DNA from: an uncultured Ignavibacteria bacterium
GTDB taxonomy: Bacteria; Bacteroidota; Ignavibacteria; Tepidaquicellales; OLB5
DNA: 64,000 bases
Direction: 5' to 3'
Assembly (NCBI GenBank): GCA_963816535.1
Contig: CAWFKW010000003.1
Location: forward strand, 1,708,059-1,772,058
This document shows positions 9,683 through 18,107 of this stretch, one piece after another; the stretch's first letter is position 1; each line of letters starts with the position of its first letter. A model generated the notes under the pieces. It had not been told where the DNA came from and made no database searches. It saw only the letters and a list, made by a program, of their open reading frames with translations. The position numbers and the translations under genes were made by a program.

Positions 9683-10101
9683 TTAACCGCCAAGGACGCA
9701 AAGAAAAATGACTGAAGATGAAATAGGCAGGATAATTGTAGATTCAGCTTTGGAAGTACATAAATCACTTGGTCCGGGATTACTTGAGTCGGCATATGAA
9801 TCTTGCTTAAAACACGAACTTAGAATTAGAAATCTCCGGGTTAAATCTCAGCAAGAGCTTCCGTTGATTTACAAAGGGTTGAAGATGGAGATTGCATACA
9901 GATTAGATTTATTGGTTGAAGATAAAGTTATCGTTGAAATAAAAGCAGTGGATAAATTAAGCGATGTGCACCTTGCACAGATTTTATCGTATTTGAAACT
10001 AACAGATTTGAGACTTGGGTTTCTTATAAATTTTAATGTAAAACTTATTAAGGAAGGCATAAAAAGAGTTGCCAATAATCTTGGCGTTCTTTTGCGGTTA
10101 A
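9683..10101. mobile_element. Candidate inverted-repeat-bounded GxxExxY cassette
   Basis: Left end TTAACCGCCAAGGACGCAAAGA (9683-9704). Right end TCTTGGCGTTCTTTTGCGGTTAA (10079-10101) is its imperfect reverse complement. Interior is AT-richer than the flanks. Confidence 0.55.
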
Positions 10102-10109
10102 AAGCATGA
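9708..10109 (+). CDS. GxxExxY protein (PD-(D/E)XK nuclease superfamily)
   Basis: LGPGLLESAYE, YRLDLLVEDKVIVEIKAV, HLAQILSYLK, GFLINF. Confidence 0.93.
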   Translation: MTEDEIGRIIVDSALEVHKSLGPGLLESAYESCLKHELRIRNLRVKSQQELPLIYKGLKMEIAYRLDLLVEDKVIVEIKAVDKLSDVHLAQILSYLKLTDLRLGFLINFNVKLIKEGIKRVANNLGVLLRLKA

Positions 10110-10660
10110 GCGATTTTGATACAGCAGTTGGTTTGATGCACTCATACGTGAAGAACGAGAATCTTCGCAAGCACATGTATTCTGTGGCCGAAGCGATGCG
10201 CCAATATGCGCGCAAGTATAACGAAGACGAAGATAAATGGGCGGCTGTGGGAATACTGCATGACTTCGACTGGGAAATACATCCAAGCGCAGAGGAGCAT
10301 CCCGTAAAGGGCAGCGAGATACTGAAAGAAAAGGGCTGGTCTGATGAGATCCGGCGAGCTGTGCTTTCGCATGCGGATTATACCGGGGTTACAAGAGATT
10401 CGCTTATGGAAAAAGTTCTGTTTGCATGCGACGAGCTATCCGGATTTATAGTAGCTTGCGCGCTTGTGCAGCCCTCAAAGAAGCTTGAAGATGTGAAAGT
10501 AGAATCAGTTAAGAAAAAAATGAAGAAAAAAGAATTTGCCCGCAACGTTAACCGTGACGATATAATAAAAGGAGCGGAAGGGCTGGGCGTTCCGCTGGAT
10601 GAACATATTGAGTTTGTACTGAGCGCCCTGAAAGGAATTTCAGAAAAACTGGGGATGTAG
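10106..10660 (+). CDS. HD/HDIG-domain metal-dependent phosphohydrolase
   Basis: LRKHM, GILHDFDWE, LFACDELSG, KEFARNVNR. Confidence 0.9.
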   Translation: MSDFDTAVGLMHSYVKNENLRKHMYSVAEAMRQYARKYNEDEDKWAAVGILHDFDWEIHPSAEEHPVKGSEILKEKGWSDEIRRAVLSHADYTGVTRDSLMEKVLFACDELSGFIVACALVQPSKKLEDVKVESVKKKMKKKEFARNVNRDDIIKGAEGLGVPLDEHIEFVLSALKGISEKLGM

Positions 10661-10703
10661 TGTGAAGTGAAATCGATAAATATAAACATGATTAATTTTT
10701 GAC

Positions 10704-11192
10704 ATGCCGGAAGAAATAATAATAAATAAGTCATTAGGTAAGCGGGAGAAGTACCGGGAGCTTTTGAAGCAAATAAGGTCTCTTGTAGAAGATGAAGACG
10801 ATTTTATAGCCAACCTCGCAAATATTTGCGCGGCTTTAAAATACAGCATGGAAGGATTCTTCTGGGTTGGATTTTATTTAAGGAAGGAAACGGACCTGGT
10901 GCTGGGCCCTTACCAGGGACCCGTTGCATGCACAAGAATACGAATTCCAAACGGAGTGTGCGGCACAGCGGTAAATGAGCGGCGCACAGTAATAGTTGAT
11001 GATGTTGATACATTCCCGGGGCATATTGCCTGCAACGCCGATTCAAAAAGCGAAATCGTTATTCCCATATTCAAAGATGACGTTGTAATCGGCGTTCTTG
11101 ATGTGGACAGCGATATGTATTCTAACTTCGACATGACGGACCTGGAATACCTCGAGGATCTATGCGCGTTCGTTTCAGGGTTGATAAACTAA
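10704..11192 (+). CDS. msrC: GAF-domain protein, free methionine-R-sulfoxide reductase-like
   Basis: WVGFY, LGPYQGPVACTRI, GVCGTA, FPGHIAC, SEIVIP, VLDVDS. Confidence 0.85.
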   Translation: MPEEIIINKSLGKREKYRELLKQIRSLVEDEDDFIANLANICAALKYSMEGFFWVGFYLRKETDLVLGPYQGPVACTRIRIPNGVCGTAVNERRTVIVDDVDTFPGHIACNADSKSEIVIPIFKDDVVIGVLDVDSDMYSNFDMTDLEYLEDLCAFVSGLIN

Positions 11193-11197
11193 TTGTT

Positions 11198-13714
11198 GTG
11201 AAATTATTTCTATTACCAATCTTATTTTTTATTCTATGTTTTGAATCGGCTTATGCCCGGCAAAACGCCGACTCCCTTAAATATGTCCCCATTAAAGATT
11301 CTTTGAATAAATCCGCCGATTCGCTGAAAACCAACGGCGATTTTGACGCTATTGTTGAATACAACGCGAAAGACTCCGCTGTATTTGACGTGGAGCATGA
11401 AAAACTGCTATTGTACAATGACGGCACGCTGAAGTATAAGGAATATGAATTAAAAGGGGCGAGGATAATTTTATATAAAGATATTTCCATTATGGAATCG
11501 TACGGGGTTACTGATACTTCAGGTAAAATGGTCGGGACGCCGGTGTTCATGGAGGGCAGCAAAAAATATGAGGCTGCGAAGCTGAGATATAATTTCAAGA
11601 CTAAGCAGGGTAATATTGAAATGGGATCCACTCAGCTTGAAGGCGGTTTCTATGAAGGCGAGAAGATAAAAAAGGTCACGGAAGACATCTTTTTCATCCA
11701 AAACGGCAGGTACACAACATGCGATAAGAAAGACCCTGATTTTTATTTCGGCAGCCCCAGAATGAAAATTATACAGGGCGATAAAGTAATAGCCGAGCCG
11801 GTGTATCTATATATTGCCGGCGTGCCTGTATTTGTAATTCCGTTCGGTATCTTTCCGAACCATTCCGGCCGTTCAAGCGGCATAATACCTCCTGCATACG
11901 GCGAGGACCCTACTTATGGAAGGTACCTCTCGCATCTAGGTTATTTCTGGGCGATAAACGATTTTACAGATATTGCCGTGCAGGGAGATTATTTTACAAA
12001 TAACAGGCTGGACCTTGAATCGCGTTTCCGATATGTATTAAGATATAAGTTCAACGGCTCGGTTGATTTGGGCGGCAGCCGCATAAGGGTTGGCGAGCCG
12101 GGCGACCTAGATAAATTCTTCTCTGACCAGTGGCACATTGGCGTTACGCATAACCAGAATTTTGACCCCACTACATCGCTTACGGCAAACGTGAGCCTGT
12201 ACAGCAGCAAGACATATCTTACAAACTCAACCAATAACCTGAATACGCTGCTGGAACAGAATGCGATATCCACGGTGACGCTTTCAAAAAGCTGGGAAGG
12301 AACCCCGAACAACCTTTCGATAAATTACACGCGCGACCAGAATCTTGAAAACGGAGAGATAAGCCAGGTAGCGCCGGCAATAAGCTTCAGCCGCAGCCAA
12401 ACGTTTCCTTTCAGGACAAAGAGTACTTCACAAACTGATTTGAAATGGTACGAAGAGATTTCATATTCATACAATGCACAATTGCAATACCACGCAAACA
12501 AGCTGTTGGTTAATGCAAACGATCAAAGTTACGGTTATAATTATAATGATAGGGGCGGAATTTCCCAGTCGGTAAGTTCTACGGCGCCCATCAAGATATC
12601 TGAGTTCAGTCTTTCGCCGTTCATAAATTATAATGAAGTTTGGTACCATAAATATGTGCTTGAATCATACGACCCGGTATCCCGAAGCGTTCTGACAACT
12701 GACCAAAAAGGATTCAAGGCGTTTCGTTATTTTAATACAGGCGTTAACCTCAACACGAAATTAATTGGTATTTTCAATACCAACTTTTTTGGGGTAATTA
12801 AGGGGTTTCGTCATACTATTTTACCAACAATATCATATATTTATACGCCTGATTTTTCTGACCCGAAGTGGAACATTTACGGAACATATAAAGATAGTTT
12901 GGGGAACCCGGTAAAGTACTCATTTTTTCAAAAAGAAATTTTTGGGTATCCCGGAATTGGCGAACAACAGAGCATTGGATTTAACGTCAGCAACATTTTT
13001 GAAATGAAGGTTAAAGACACTGATACTTCAAATACCAAGCTTCAGATACTGAACCTGAACGCCGCGTTAAATTATAATTTTGTAGCCGATAGCAATAAGT
13101 TTTCAGAATTGTCGCTTGGCTACAGAACGCAGGCGGGCAACTGGCTCAATATCGCGGGAACGACAACATATAACCTGTATAAATATGTGGACGGAGTAGG
13201 GAGGATAAGCAAATTCCTGTGGAACACAGATAAAAAACTTGCGCAGTTAACGTCCATCAGCGTAAATATCTCAACATCGCTGCAGGGCGGGCAGGATGAA
13301 TCGGTAAAAAAAGATACTACGAACCGCATAAGTAACTCTGCCGAGTACGTGGGGATTTATGGCGAAGAGCCGGTTGATTTTTCAATTCCATGGAACGTCG
13401 GGCTTAATTATAACTACTCAATAAACAAAGAAATCCCGAGCCAAATCCTGAAGTCTTCCAATATTTCGGCAAACCTGGGTTTTAACCTGACGCCAAACTG
13501 GAAATTTACTTTTTCAACGGGCTATGACATATTCCAAAAACAGTTTACTGCCCCTTATGTGACAATATACAGGGACCTGCACTGCTGGGAGATGAATTTT
13601 AACTGGGTGCCCACAGGCGCTTATAGGGGATTCCGGTTTGAGATAAGGGTAAAAGCTCCGCAGCTGCAGGACGTGAAGATAACCAAACAGACAAATTACC
13701 GCGGAGTATTCTAG
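11198..13714 (+). CDS. lptD: Putative LPS-assembly protein LptD (FCB type)
   Basis: Signal peptide from GTG 11198 (ORF track starts at 11162). YTTC, RSSGIIPP and RDLHCW motifs, beta-strand-rich barrel. Confidence 0.85.
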   Translation: MKLFLLPILFFILCFESAYARQNADSLKYVPIKDSLNKSADSLKTNGDFDAIVEYNAKDSAVFDVEHEKLLLYNDGTLKYKEYELKGARIILYKDISIMESYGVTDTSGKMVGTPVFMEGSKKYEAAKLRYNFKTKQGNIEMGSTQLEGGFYEGEKIKKVTEDIFFIQNGRYTTCDKKDPDFYFGSPRMKIIQGDKVIAEPVYLYIAGVPVFVIPFGIFPNHSGRSSGIIPPAYGEDPTYGRYLSHLGYFWAINDFTDIAVQGDYFTNNRLDLESRFRYVLRYKFNGSVDLGGSRIRVGEPGDLDKFFSDQWHIGVTHNQNFDPTTSLTANVSLYSSKTYLTNSTNNLNTLLEQNAISTVTLSKSWEGTPNNLSINYTRDQNLENGEISQVAPAISFSRSQTFPFRTKSTSQTDLKWYEEISYSYNAQLQYHANKLLVNANDQSYGYNYNDRGGISQSVSSTAPIKISEFSLSPFINYNEVWYHKYVLESYDPVSRSVLTTDQKGFKAFRYFNTGVNLNTKLIGIFNTNFFGVIKGFRHTILPTISYIYTPDFSDPKWNIYGTYKDSLGNPVKYSFFQKEIFGYPGIGEQQSIGFNVSNIFEMKVKDTDTSNTKLQILNLNAALNYNFVADSNKFSELSLGYRTQAGNWLNIAGTTTYNLYKYVDGVGRISKFLWNTDKKLAQLTSISVNISTSLQGGQDESVKKDTTNRISNSAEYVGIYGEEPVDFSIPWNVGLNYNYSINKEIPSQILKSSNISANLGFNLTPNWKFTFSTGYDIFQKQFTAPYVTIYRDLHCWEMNFNWVPTGAYRGFRFEIRVKAPQLQDVKITKQTNYRGVF

Positions 13715-13718
13715 GGTT

Positions 13719-14555
13719 ATGAAATATGAAATATATTCCGGCGCGGGCAATGATTTTATCATGATAAACAATTGGGAGAACATTGTTCCGCTAGATGGAC
13801 AGAGCGAATTTTCGGCAAAAATATGCGCCGAAAAATTCAAAGATATTGACGGCGTCATATTCCTGGATAAACCGCTACTTTCGGGTTCACAAATCCGCAT
13901 GAATTATTATAACCGTGACGGAAGCTACGGCGCTATGTGCGGCAACGGCGCAAGATGCACGGCGCAATTTGCATTAGCTGAGGGTATTGTGAAAAACGAT
14001 TCTTTTATTCTTGAAGCCGTGGATAAAACCTATAGGGCCGACGTTGCCGGAAAAGAGCGAATTAAGATCTATTTCCCGGACGGAATAATTTATAAAACCG
14101 GATTGCATACAGATACGGGAGAAGATTTAAAAGTCGCGAAAATTAATTTCATTAACGTGGGTTCCGAGCATATAGTTTTGTTTATTAATGAAATAGAAAC
14201 GCCTGCTGTAAACTCGCTTGAAGAAGTTGATGTGCAGAACTGGGGCTCTGTTCTTAGATACCACAATGATTTTCAGCCCAAAGGCGCCAACGTTAATTTT
14301 GTACAGATTTTAGGCGCCGGCAAAATTCAGATACGAACGTACGAAAGAGGCGTTGAACGGGAAACTTTGGCCTGCGGAACGGGTATTGTTTCTTCTGCTG
14401 TAATTTCGAACATTGTCAGAGATGTGAAGCCGCCTGTGACAGTACTTGTGCAAAGCGGCGAAGAGTTAAAGGTAGATTTCGAAGTGGCAGGAAATGCGGT
14501 TACGGGCGTAACTCTGGAAGGCAGCGCCAGGAAAATCGGCGAGGGCGAGATCTAG
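13719..14555 (+). CDS. dapF: Diaminopimelate epimerase
   Basis: GAGNDF, MCGNGARC, GANVNF, RTYERGVERETLACGTG. Confidence 0.97.
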   Translation: MKYEIYSGAGNDFIMINNWENIVPLDGQSEFSAKICAEKFKDIDGVIFLDKPLLSGSQIRMNYYNRDGSYGAMCGNGARCTAQFALAEGIVKNDSFILEAVDKTYRADVAGKERIKIYFPDGIIYKTGLHTDTGEDLKVAKINFINVGSEHIVLFINEIETPAVNSLEEVDVQNWGSVLRYHNDFQPKGANVNFVQILGAGKIQIRTYERGVERETLACGTGIVSSAVISNIVRDVKPPVTVLVQSGEELKVDFEVAGNAVTGVTLEGSARKIGEGEI

Positions 14556-14562
14556 CAATTAT

Positions 14563-14636
14563 TAGCTCCGTAGGAGCGAAATATTTGTAGTAATTATAAC
14601 TATCAAATTATAAGCTCCGTTAGGAGCGGCATATTT
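14563..14636. repeat. Paired REP-like mini-hairpins
   Basis: agctccgtaggagcgaaatattt and agctccgttaggagcggcatattt as a direct repeat. Each contains a GCTCC/GGAGC hairpin. Confidence 0.65.
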
Positions 14637-14669
14637 ATTGGATTCCCGAATGCCGGGAATAAAAAGAGA

Positions 14670-15359
14670 ATGAATCCTAAAAACGTACCTAAAATAATAT
14701 CTGCAAAAATTAAGCGCGCCCTGAAAAAGGACAAAGATGTTGTTGAAAAATTCAACAGCCACTATTATTACTCCAAAGTATGGAGCGACACTTACTGGCT
14801 GGGGAAAAAAGTGTTTAAATGCCCGACAGACCTGTGGATATACCAGGAATTATTATTCGAGACGAAACCGGATGTTATTATTGAGTGCGGCACGTTTCAT
14901 GGCGGCAGCGCGCTGTATTTCGCTAACCTGTTCGACGCGATGGGCGCTGACGGCGAAATAATTACGATAGATGTGGATGCAATGCCTGACATGCCCGAGC
15001 ATAAGAGAATAAAATACCTCAGCGGTTCAAGCATCTCGCAGGAGATTATAGAAAGGGTGAAAGAGCTTATTAATGGGAAACAGAAGATAATGGTCATACT
15101 GGATTCTGATCATTCGAGAGAACACGTCGGCAGGGAACTGGCGCTGTACCATGGATTTGTTACCAAAGGCTGTTACCTTGTTGTGGAAGATTCGAACCTG
15201 AACGGTCATCCGGTATATTCAGGTTTTGGCCACGGGCCGGGCCCGATGGAAGCGATGGAAGAGTTTCTCCCGAATCACCCGGAATTTAAACCCGACGAAT
15301 CAAAGGAAAAATTCTTTCTGACGTTTAATCCGAAAGGGTATCTGAAGAAAGTTAAATAA
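14670..15359 (+). CDS. CmcI/cephalosporin hydroxylase-family methyltransferase
   Basis: KCPTDLWIYQE, KPDVIIECGT, VILDSDHS, YLVVED, TFNPKGYL. Confidence 0.9.
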   Translation: MNPKNVPKIISAKIKRALKKDKDVVEKFNSHYYYSKVWSDTYWLGKKVFKCPTDLWIYQELLFETKPDVIIECGTFHGGSALYFANLFDAMGADGEIITIDVDAMPDMPEHKRIKYLSGSSISQEIIERVKELINGKQKIMVILDSDHSREHVGRELALYHGFVTKGCYLVVEDSNLNGHPVYSGFGHGPGPMEAMEEFLPNHPEFKPDESKEKFFLTFNPKGYLKKVK

Positions 15360-15384
15360 AGCGGAAAAAGCTTACGCGCATATT

Positions 15385-16167
15385 ATGGTCAAAGCTCTCA
15401 TTCAGCCCACAACAGAAACTTATAACGACTATCTTCAATTCGCCCATGAACATGATCTTGGTTTTGAAATAATCGATTTTGCGCTTGCCAACGTTATTAA
15501 TTCCGAATACGAAAATGTAATAAGATATTATGAATTAAGACCGGACGGAGAAAAACCTTTATTCATAAGCCAGCATGGAGCGTTTCTTGATATTTACATA
15601 AACAGCCGTGACCGGCTGATAAGAGAGGTTTCTGAAAAGAGGATACATGACAATCTTGCCATTTCTGACAGGCTTAATATACCTTTCACCGTTTATCATT
15701 CAGGGTTCATTCCCCTAATCGGACAAAAATCCTATATTGAGAATTGGATTAATAGCCACGCGGAATTTTGGGCGGAGGCAAACAGGAAATACAAATCAGC
15801 GATTCTCCTTGAGAACCTGTGGGACGCATCTCCGGATAAATTGAAGGAAGTGATGGACCGGTTGAATCCCGATAGCGCCAACATTTGTTTTGATACGGGC
15901 CATCATAATATATTTTCCAAAACCGCATTGAGGGATTGGTTTAAGGTTCTCGGTAAGAGGATACCGTATATTCATTTGAACGATAATATGGGCGATGTTG
16001 ATTCCGAGCTGCCCGCAGGAAAGGGCAGTATCAACTGGCTGGAGTTTAACGACGTTGTGAATGAGTTCTGCGATAAGCCGATTGTAGTTATTGAAGTGGG
16101 GAGCCTTCAAGCGATTGCCCAAACGATATATTTCCTGGAAAAGAACAGGATATATCCTTACAACTAG
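15385..16167 (+). CDS. Sugar phosphate isomerase/epimerase (AP endonuclease 2-type TIM barrel)
   Basis: HGAFLD, LLENL, CFDTGH, IHLNDNMG, GKGSINW. Confidence 0.85.
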   Translation: MVKALIQPTTETYNDYLQFAHEHDLGFEIIDFALANVINSEYENVIRYYELRPDGEKPLFISQHGAFLDIYINSRDRLIREVSEKRIHDNLAISDRLNIPFTVYHSGFIPLIGQKSYIENWINSHAEFWAEANRKYKSAILLENLWDASPDKLKEVMDRLNPDSANICFDTGHHNIFSKTALRDWFKVLGKRIPYIHLNDNMGDVDSELPAGKGSINWLEFNDVVNEFCDKPIVVIEVGSLQAIAQTIYFLEKNRIYPYN

Positions 16168-16179
16168 CATCGTTAATTA

Positions 16180-16217
16180 AAGAAAACCGGCTGGAATAAT
16201 TCCCTGCCGGCTTTCTT
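16180..16217. terminator. Probable bidirectional terminator
   Basis: aagaaaaccggc...gccggctttctt between convergent genes. Confidence 0.55.
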
Positions 16218-16257
16218 ATAGTGGGGAGATGTGGAACAACAATCTTTTTAATTCATT

Positions 16258-16566
16258 TTAATGGCGCCCGTGTCGTTCATGACGTTCGTGTCTTTCGTGG
16301 CGCTCACGCTGGCGGAAATGTCTTTCATGATGCCATCTGGGGTGTGTGTAATATGAATAATGCGGCCTTCTGTGCCTCTTATGATGGTTATCGTAATAAT
16401 AGATGTATCTCGGGTGCGGAGCGATCAATGGCCCCGAGCCAAGAGCGACTTTTAGGTTTGGAGAGCTGTAATAAACGCCGAAACCTACGGATTGGGCGGT
16501 TGTAACTTTTGCAAAAAACAAAAGCATTAATGCCGCCGGAATTAATAAGTAATACTTTTTAAGCAT
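16258..16566 (-). CDS. Small secreted protein with His/Arg-rich tail
   Basis: AAGGAGG RBS, signal peptide ending TTA-Q, C-terminal (RHE)n repeats. Confidence 0.75.
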   Translation of the reverse strand: MLKKYYLLIPAALMLLFFAKVTTAQSVGFGVYYSSPNLKVALGSGPLIAPHPRYIYYYDNHHKRHRRPHYSYYTHPRWHHERHFRQRERHERHERHERHGRH

Positions 16567-16620
16567 AATTATGCCTCCTTATATTACACTCAACTGTATG
16601 CGAATCCCCGTAGTTCCTTA

Positions 16621-16640
16621 TTTTTGTAACATTTGGTAAC
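16621..16640 (-). promoter_or_regulatory. Direct-repeat regulatory site GTTAC-N5-GTTACAAAAA
   Basis: 16/20 identical to 49416..49435. The two sites lie 55 and 52 nt upstream of their start codons. Confidence 0.45.
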
Positions 16641-16666
16641 GAAATCGATACTATTTGTAAATATTT

Positions 16667-16701
16667 AAACCTGACGGGTTTATTCTAAACCCGTCAGGTT
16701 T
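16667..16701. repeat. Palindromic element (AAACCTGAC...GTCAGGTTT), may act as terminator
   Basis: Perfect 16-bp stem aaacctgacgggttta/taaacccgtcaggttt. Degenerate relative at 60722. Confidence 0.7.
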
Positions 16702-16724
16702 TGCAATGTTTAATGTTATAAAGT

Positions 16725-17885
16725 CTACTTCAGCGCCAGAACTTTGTCTTTAAGCTCGGCGAATCCGTTATCATCAACTTTGTAATCCCAGTTTATATAA
16801 GAAACATTCCTTTCTTTATCAATTAAAAATATTGTTCTTTTATTATACCCAAACGTACTGTAACTATTATACATTGCGGATATGGCCCCGTTATCATCGC
16901 TGAGGAGCTTTACGTTCTGCAGGTTCATATCGTTTTTCCATTTTGCCAGAATGTATGGATTCGAAACGCTCACCATTAGAATCTCAAGGTCGTCATTATT
17001 CAGTTCGCTTGCGCTGACTTTCTCAAGCATCCTGTCTTCGGCGTAATGGTTAAAAACGCTTATTTCAGCTGAGCACGAGTAGCTGTACGCGGCCGGGTAG
17101 AATGCGATCAACACATTTTTCCTGCCGGTGTAATCCGAAAGCGCGCCGTCTTTTACATCCGGCGTTGCGCCGGCGTTGGTTCCGAACGAAACGTATTTAA
17201 AATCAAAGTCCCTGGCTTTGTCTCCTGTTACTAATGGACTGTAAACAGTCGAAGTCTGCATTTCTTCCTTAAGGTTGAATTGAGCATACAGCTCGCTCTG
17301 CACATTTTTTAGTTTTTCGCCCTCGCCCTTATAATCATAATTGGCATAAACTACCTTATTGTCCTTATCAACCATATAAACCTGCGAACCGATGTTTGAA
17401 TTATCAGCGTCCCATTTGCTTATCCCGAACAGGTTCTCAACGTTCAATTGTTTATCGGAAACCATCATGAAATCCAGATCCTTAGAGTTAATGTAATTCT
17501 GAATTATTGACGGGTCATCCGGAGTAACAACAAGTACCTGAAGGTCAGGGTTGCTGAACGCGTATTCCTGAAACGAACGGAACGAGAGCCCCTGTGCAAA
17601 ATATGTATCAAACGCGGCGCTCATAACGTCGGAGTAGTTCTGCGATACTGAAGGCATGAACGCTATCAGCAGGACTTTGCCCTCTTTAAGATCCTGCAGA
17701 CGCTGCGGCTTCATTTGCTCAGTTTGATTTTTGAAGATTGGCGAAATTTCAGGATTGGGAATTGTTTCGCCAAGTCCGAGCCCGGGGTTCGAAGAGCCTG
17801 CCGAGCAGTACGAATTTATGATAAATGAAATAGAAAGTAAAAGATAGAAAATTACGCGTTTATTCAGGTTTTTCATGGACTTCAT
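16725..17885 (-). CDS. Exported tandem redoxin (peroxiredoxin/AhpC-TSA) domain protein
   Basis: Signal peptide and two thioredoxin-fold repeats. The second has FYPAAYSYSCSAE (PxxxSxxC) and KRTIFLID. Confidence 0.8.
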   Translation of the reverse strand: MKSMKNLNKRVIFYLLLSISFIINSYCSAGSSNPGLGLGETIPNPEISPIFKNQTEQMKPQRLQDLKEGKVLLIAFMPSVSQNYSDVMSAAFDTYFAQGLSFRSFQEYAFSNPDLQVLVVTPDDPSIIQNYINSKDLDFMMVSDKQLNVENLFGISKWDADNSNIGSQVYMVDKDNKVVYANYDYKGEGEKLKNVQSELYAQFNLKEEMQTSTVYSPLVTGDKARDFDFKYVSFGTNAGATPDVKDGALSDYTGRKNVLIAFYPAAYSYSCSAEISVFNHYAEDRMLEKVSASELNNDDLEILMVSVSNPYILAKWKNDMNLQNVKLLSDDNGAISAMYNSYSTFGYNKRTIFLIDKERNVSYINWDYKVDDNGFAELKDKVLALK

Positions 17886-17978
17886 TTGTAGTTTGGTTTA
17901 ATAATCAGGGGTTGTACTGAAGCAGCGGGGGAATTGTTCCGGTATTCTATCTTATGTTAAACTTGCTTTCAATCAGAG

Positions 17979-18008
17979 TGTAGGCGTCAGGCATGCCTGA
18001 CACGTACA
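17979..18008 (+). repeat. GTAG-type REP-like palindrome
   Basis: tGTAGgc gtcaggc at gcctgac acgtaca. Confidence 0.55.
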
Positions 18009-18107
18009 AACAGGACGCACACTATGCACAATAAGAATATTTATTCTTGTAATTTACTTTTTGATAATTTCCGGAGTTTAAGCGAGGAGTAAATGCTTTT
18101 TTATAAT

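Noticed and set aside
14563-14636. Repeat-spacer-repeat pattern as a mini CRISPR array
   Set aside because: Only two imperfect copies, no cas genes. Fits a REP doublet better.
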